A program made the translations under genes and the position numbers. The notes under the pieces were generated by a model that was given only the letters and a program-made list of their open reading frames with translations, searched no databases and had not been told where the DNA came from. From positions 36,954,807 to 37,018,806 of the forward strand of contig NC_068983.1 in NCBI RefSeq assembly GCF_001194135.2: a stretch of DNA of 64,000 nucleotides, written 5' to 3'. Positions 63,591-64,000 of the stretch are shown in pieces. Each line of letters begins with the position of its first letter. Within the stretch, counting starts at the first letter, position 1. This stretch comes from Octopus bimaculoides (taxonomy: Eukaryota).

Positions 63591-64000
63591 ATCATGACTT
63601 AATCTAGAGTAAGAACACCACCACCCGGTCCTGGGGTGCCTTTAGCAGAGTCTCCTGAGTTGTAAGTATTTAGGCCACGTCTCCGAACTAAGAATAACTT
63701 CCTTTCCTCATGTCACCACTCTTGGAGGAAGTCTATCCTTGGACTTTACAAATATTCCAAAACAAAATGGTTGTCTTTTTTTTTTTTTTAAAGATGGAAA
63801 GATGTTGCTCAAAGAGGAGGGACAGGTAAGACTTGTTATTTAAATGGTGTTTAGTCGCAAGTCAACCCTGGCTGAGCAGACCTATGATCAAATATTTTTC
63901 CAGCTGTCTTGTACATTTATGACTACAATGTGTCCTTTTTTTCAAGAGTGACGTAAAATTTGAGGTAATACTGCTGCTGTTTCTAGCAGGTTGAAGGAGA

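Overview
AT-rich, repeat-dense animal genomic DNA with five N-gaps (32305-32505, 50245-50497, 53118-53526, 55540-55656, 61521-61618). The SINE families and repeat style suggest an octopus or other coleoid cephalopod; this is an inference. Two intron-containing genes, both absent from the ORF track as wholes, were assembled by hand from splice sites and phases. (1) On the + strand, a 225-aa Ly6/uPAR (three-finger, quiver/sleepless-like) protein with signal peptide, one 10-Cys LU domain, a ~85-aa acidic/Asn-rich stalk and a GPI-type tail (CDS 18257-18317, 27194-27343, 31689-32155). (2) On the - strand and convergent with it, YEATS4/GAS41 (54968-55006, exon 2 not visible and probably in an N-gap, 49699-49765, 48637-48731, 45527-45619, 44190-44277, 42111-42490) with a ~70-aa Ser/Thr-rich C-terminal extension. 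A probable terminal exon of an upstream gene lies at 599-672. The remainder is transposon debris: Merlin-type elements with 8-bp TSDs, two solo LTRs, R4/Dong-like and RTE LINE fragments, mariner/Tc1 remnants and MITEs, Helitron and Helentron-like elements, and several tRNA-derived SINE families. One SINE has a tRNA head and a Penelope-like tail carrying a decayed hammerhead motif. The most notable candidates are the stalked Ly6 protein, the extended YEATS4 tail, the hammerhead-tailed SINE and the fold-backs flanking YEATS4 exon 3. No clearly new multi-gene system could be demonstrated from sequence alone.
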